From Azolla caroliniana (taxonomy: Eukaryota > Plantae > Polypodiophyta): a stretch of 64,000 nt of DNA. The translations under genes were made by a program, and so were the position numbers. Below, piece by piece: positions 62,489 through 64,000 of the stretch. The notes beneath the pieces were generated by a model. That model worked only from the letters and a program-made list of their open reading frames with translations. It searched no databases and was not told the origin of the DNA. Each line of letters begins with the position of its first letter. The stretch's first letter is position 1. The stretch is from assembly GCA_043228905.1 (NCBI GenBank), contig JBHGNT010000013.1, positions 11,222,001 through 11,286,000 on the forward strand. Direction: 5' to 3'.

Positions 62489-62682
62489 AGAGCTTTGAAC
62501 AAAAAGGTATATTAGTAAAAATAGAATTACATCCAACAGTAACTAAGTTACCAAGAGTTGGTTTAAATACCAACTAGTCTAGGGCAAGTGCCCTTTCTAC
62601 TAATTACAAAACTAATCTAGTATGATGTCCACTAGTTAGTGTGAACACTATTTCTATGGGAAGTTGAGTTCGATTCTCAACA
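62271..62682 (-). repeat. Copia-type LTR fragment with (AG)n tract
   Basis: Ends gttgagttcgattctcaaca like other copia LTR termini; 62542-62612 recurs inverted at 63930-64000. Confidence 0.6.
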
Positions 62683-62695
62683 TGTCCCTTCGAAC

Positions 62696-63929
62696 ACAAC
62701 TTCAAATATGTGTCTCCGATTCGGCTCCGGAAAACCTCAACTTGACGGTTTCCCCGATTCGGACATGTCAGTTGATGTGGATACCAGACGGTCTACATCC
62801 GGGTATGCAATGACATATGCAGGGGGAGCTGTATCGTGGCAGTCGAGGCTGCAAAAGACGGTTGCATTGTCAACCACGGAGGCGGAGTACATGGCGGCTG
62901 TGGAAGCTGGCAAGGAAATATTATGGATGAAGGACTTCATTGGAGAGCTCGGTATCCGGCAAGATGAATACCGGCTCTATTGCGACAGTCAAAGTGCCAT
63001 CCACCTTGCTAAGAATGCGGCCTACCATTCCCGGACGAAGCATATCCAGCGAAGGTATCACTGGATCCGGGAAAGAGTAGATGACCAAGAGTTCGCGCTG
63101 ACGAAGATCCACACAGCCGAGAACGGGTCAGATATGCTGACCAAAGTGCTAATACCTGACAAGCTAGATGCATGTAGGAAGCGGATCGGACTAGTAAGAC
63201 TGCCCATGCCGGAGTGAAGGGGGAGTTTGTTGGGAAACAGGTCCCTCCAGATGGGAAGGGAGAAGAGCAATGTTGATGAGCAAACTCGGCCGAGGCCGAA
63301 ACCGGATGAGAAGTACCCGGCTACGGAGAGCCGGATGGTGAAGACCCGGTGAGAACCGGATGAGGTGTACCCGGCTACGGAGAACCGGATGGTGCAGAAC
63401 CGGTGAGAACCGGAAGAGGAGTACCCGGCTACGGAGAGCCGGATGGTGAAGACCCGATGAGGAGTGCTCACCGGATGAAGAGACATATTCGTAAATATGT
63501 TTCTGAGAGTCCATCGAGGCTATATTTGTAAATAGCCGAAAAGTCATATTAGTATAAATATGACTTAGGGCAAACTTTTATTAGAGTCGTTGTCATTCTT
63601 GTTGGTGTAAGAAGAGAGTGTGTGTAACAGTGTACAGAGAGAGAGAGAGAGGAAGAGGTCGTTGCCTCCGTTGTAACCGCCGCCTGTGGCGAAGGTCGTG
63701 AGCGCGAGGTCGTTGCCTCCGTGAGCTCACTGTTGTAATCATTGTGATATAGTGATAGTTTGGAGTCTGTGGATTCCCATGGTTTTTCCCTCTCAGGGTT
63801 TTCCACGTTAAACATTCTGTGTACTTTTCTCTCCTTTGTGTTGTGTCTTCACCTTTCCCGTTTTTTGTGTATGATTCTAAGCTCGGTTGTGGCCGAGCGT
63901 TGCGCATAACGAGCGTTTAGTTCTCGTCA
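62696..63929 (+). mobile_element. Copia CopL 3' end: RNase H ORF 62708-63217, PPT, 3' LTR 63228-63929 with 54-bp tandem units
   Basis: ALSTTEAEY...YCDSQSAIHLAKN...RTKHI; PPT GAAGGGGGAG; LTR TGTTGGG...CGTCA. Confidence 0.92.
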
Positions 63930-64000
63930 GTTTTGTAATTAGTAGAAAGGGCACTTGCCCTAGACTAGTTGGTATTTAAACCAACTCTTGGTAACTTAGT

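Overview
This is eukaryotic, gene-free, heavily nested transposon DNA, most likely from a non-seed land plant such as a fern or lycophyte. That assignment is inferred from the mix of plant-type Ty1/copia elements with tRNA-iMet primer sites and fungal/Tcn1-style chromoviruses. I found no cellular housekeeping gene, rRNA, tRNA or CRISPR array. The window resolves into about ten Ty1/copia copies or fragments, five Ty3/gypsy chromovirus copies, one solo LTR, one hAT MITE, an APE-type LINE fragment and three decayed DNA-transposase genes (one P-element/THAP9-like, two Sola-like). Many insertion boundaries are fixed by LTR termini plus 5-bp target-site duplications (TSDs). The most notable signals are: (1) the chromoviruses have no tRNA primer-binding site (PBS) and instead carry a 13-nt PBS complementary to their own predicted transcript start (Tf1-type self-priming), plus a G_TTA_AAC slippery site and putative pseudoknot for -1 gag-pol frameshifting; (2) a ~1000-codon P-element-like transposase in an apparent land plant; (3) copia families with two polypurine tracts (PPTs), a conserved stem-loop over the PPT/LTR junction and a Pol extension after RNase H; (4) recurrent U5-PBS deletions, templated fillers and inversions. 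Family assignments rest on motif recognition by eye, not database searches, and coordinates marked ~ are approximate.
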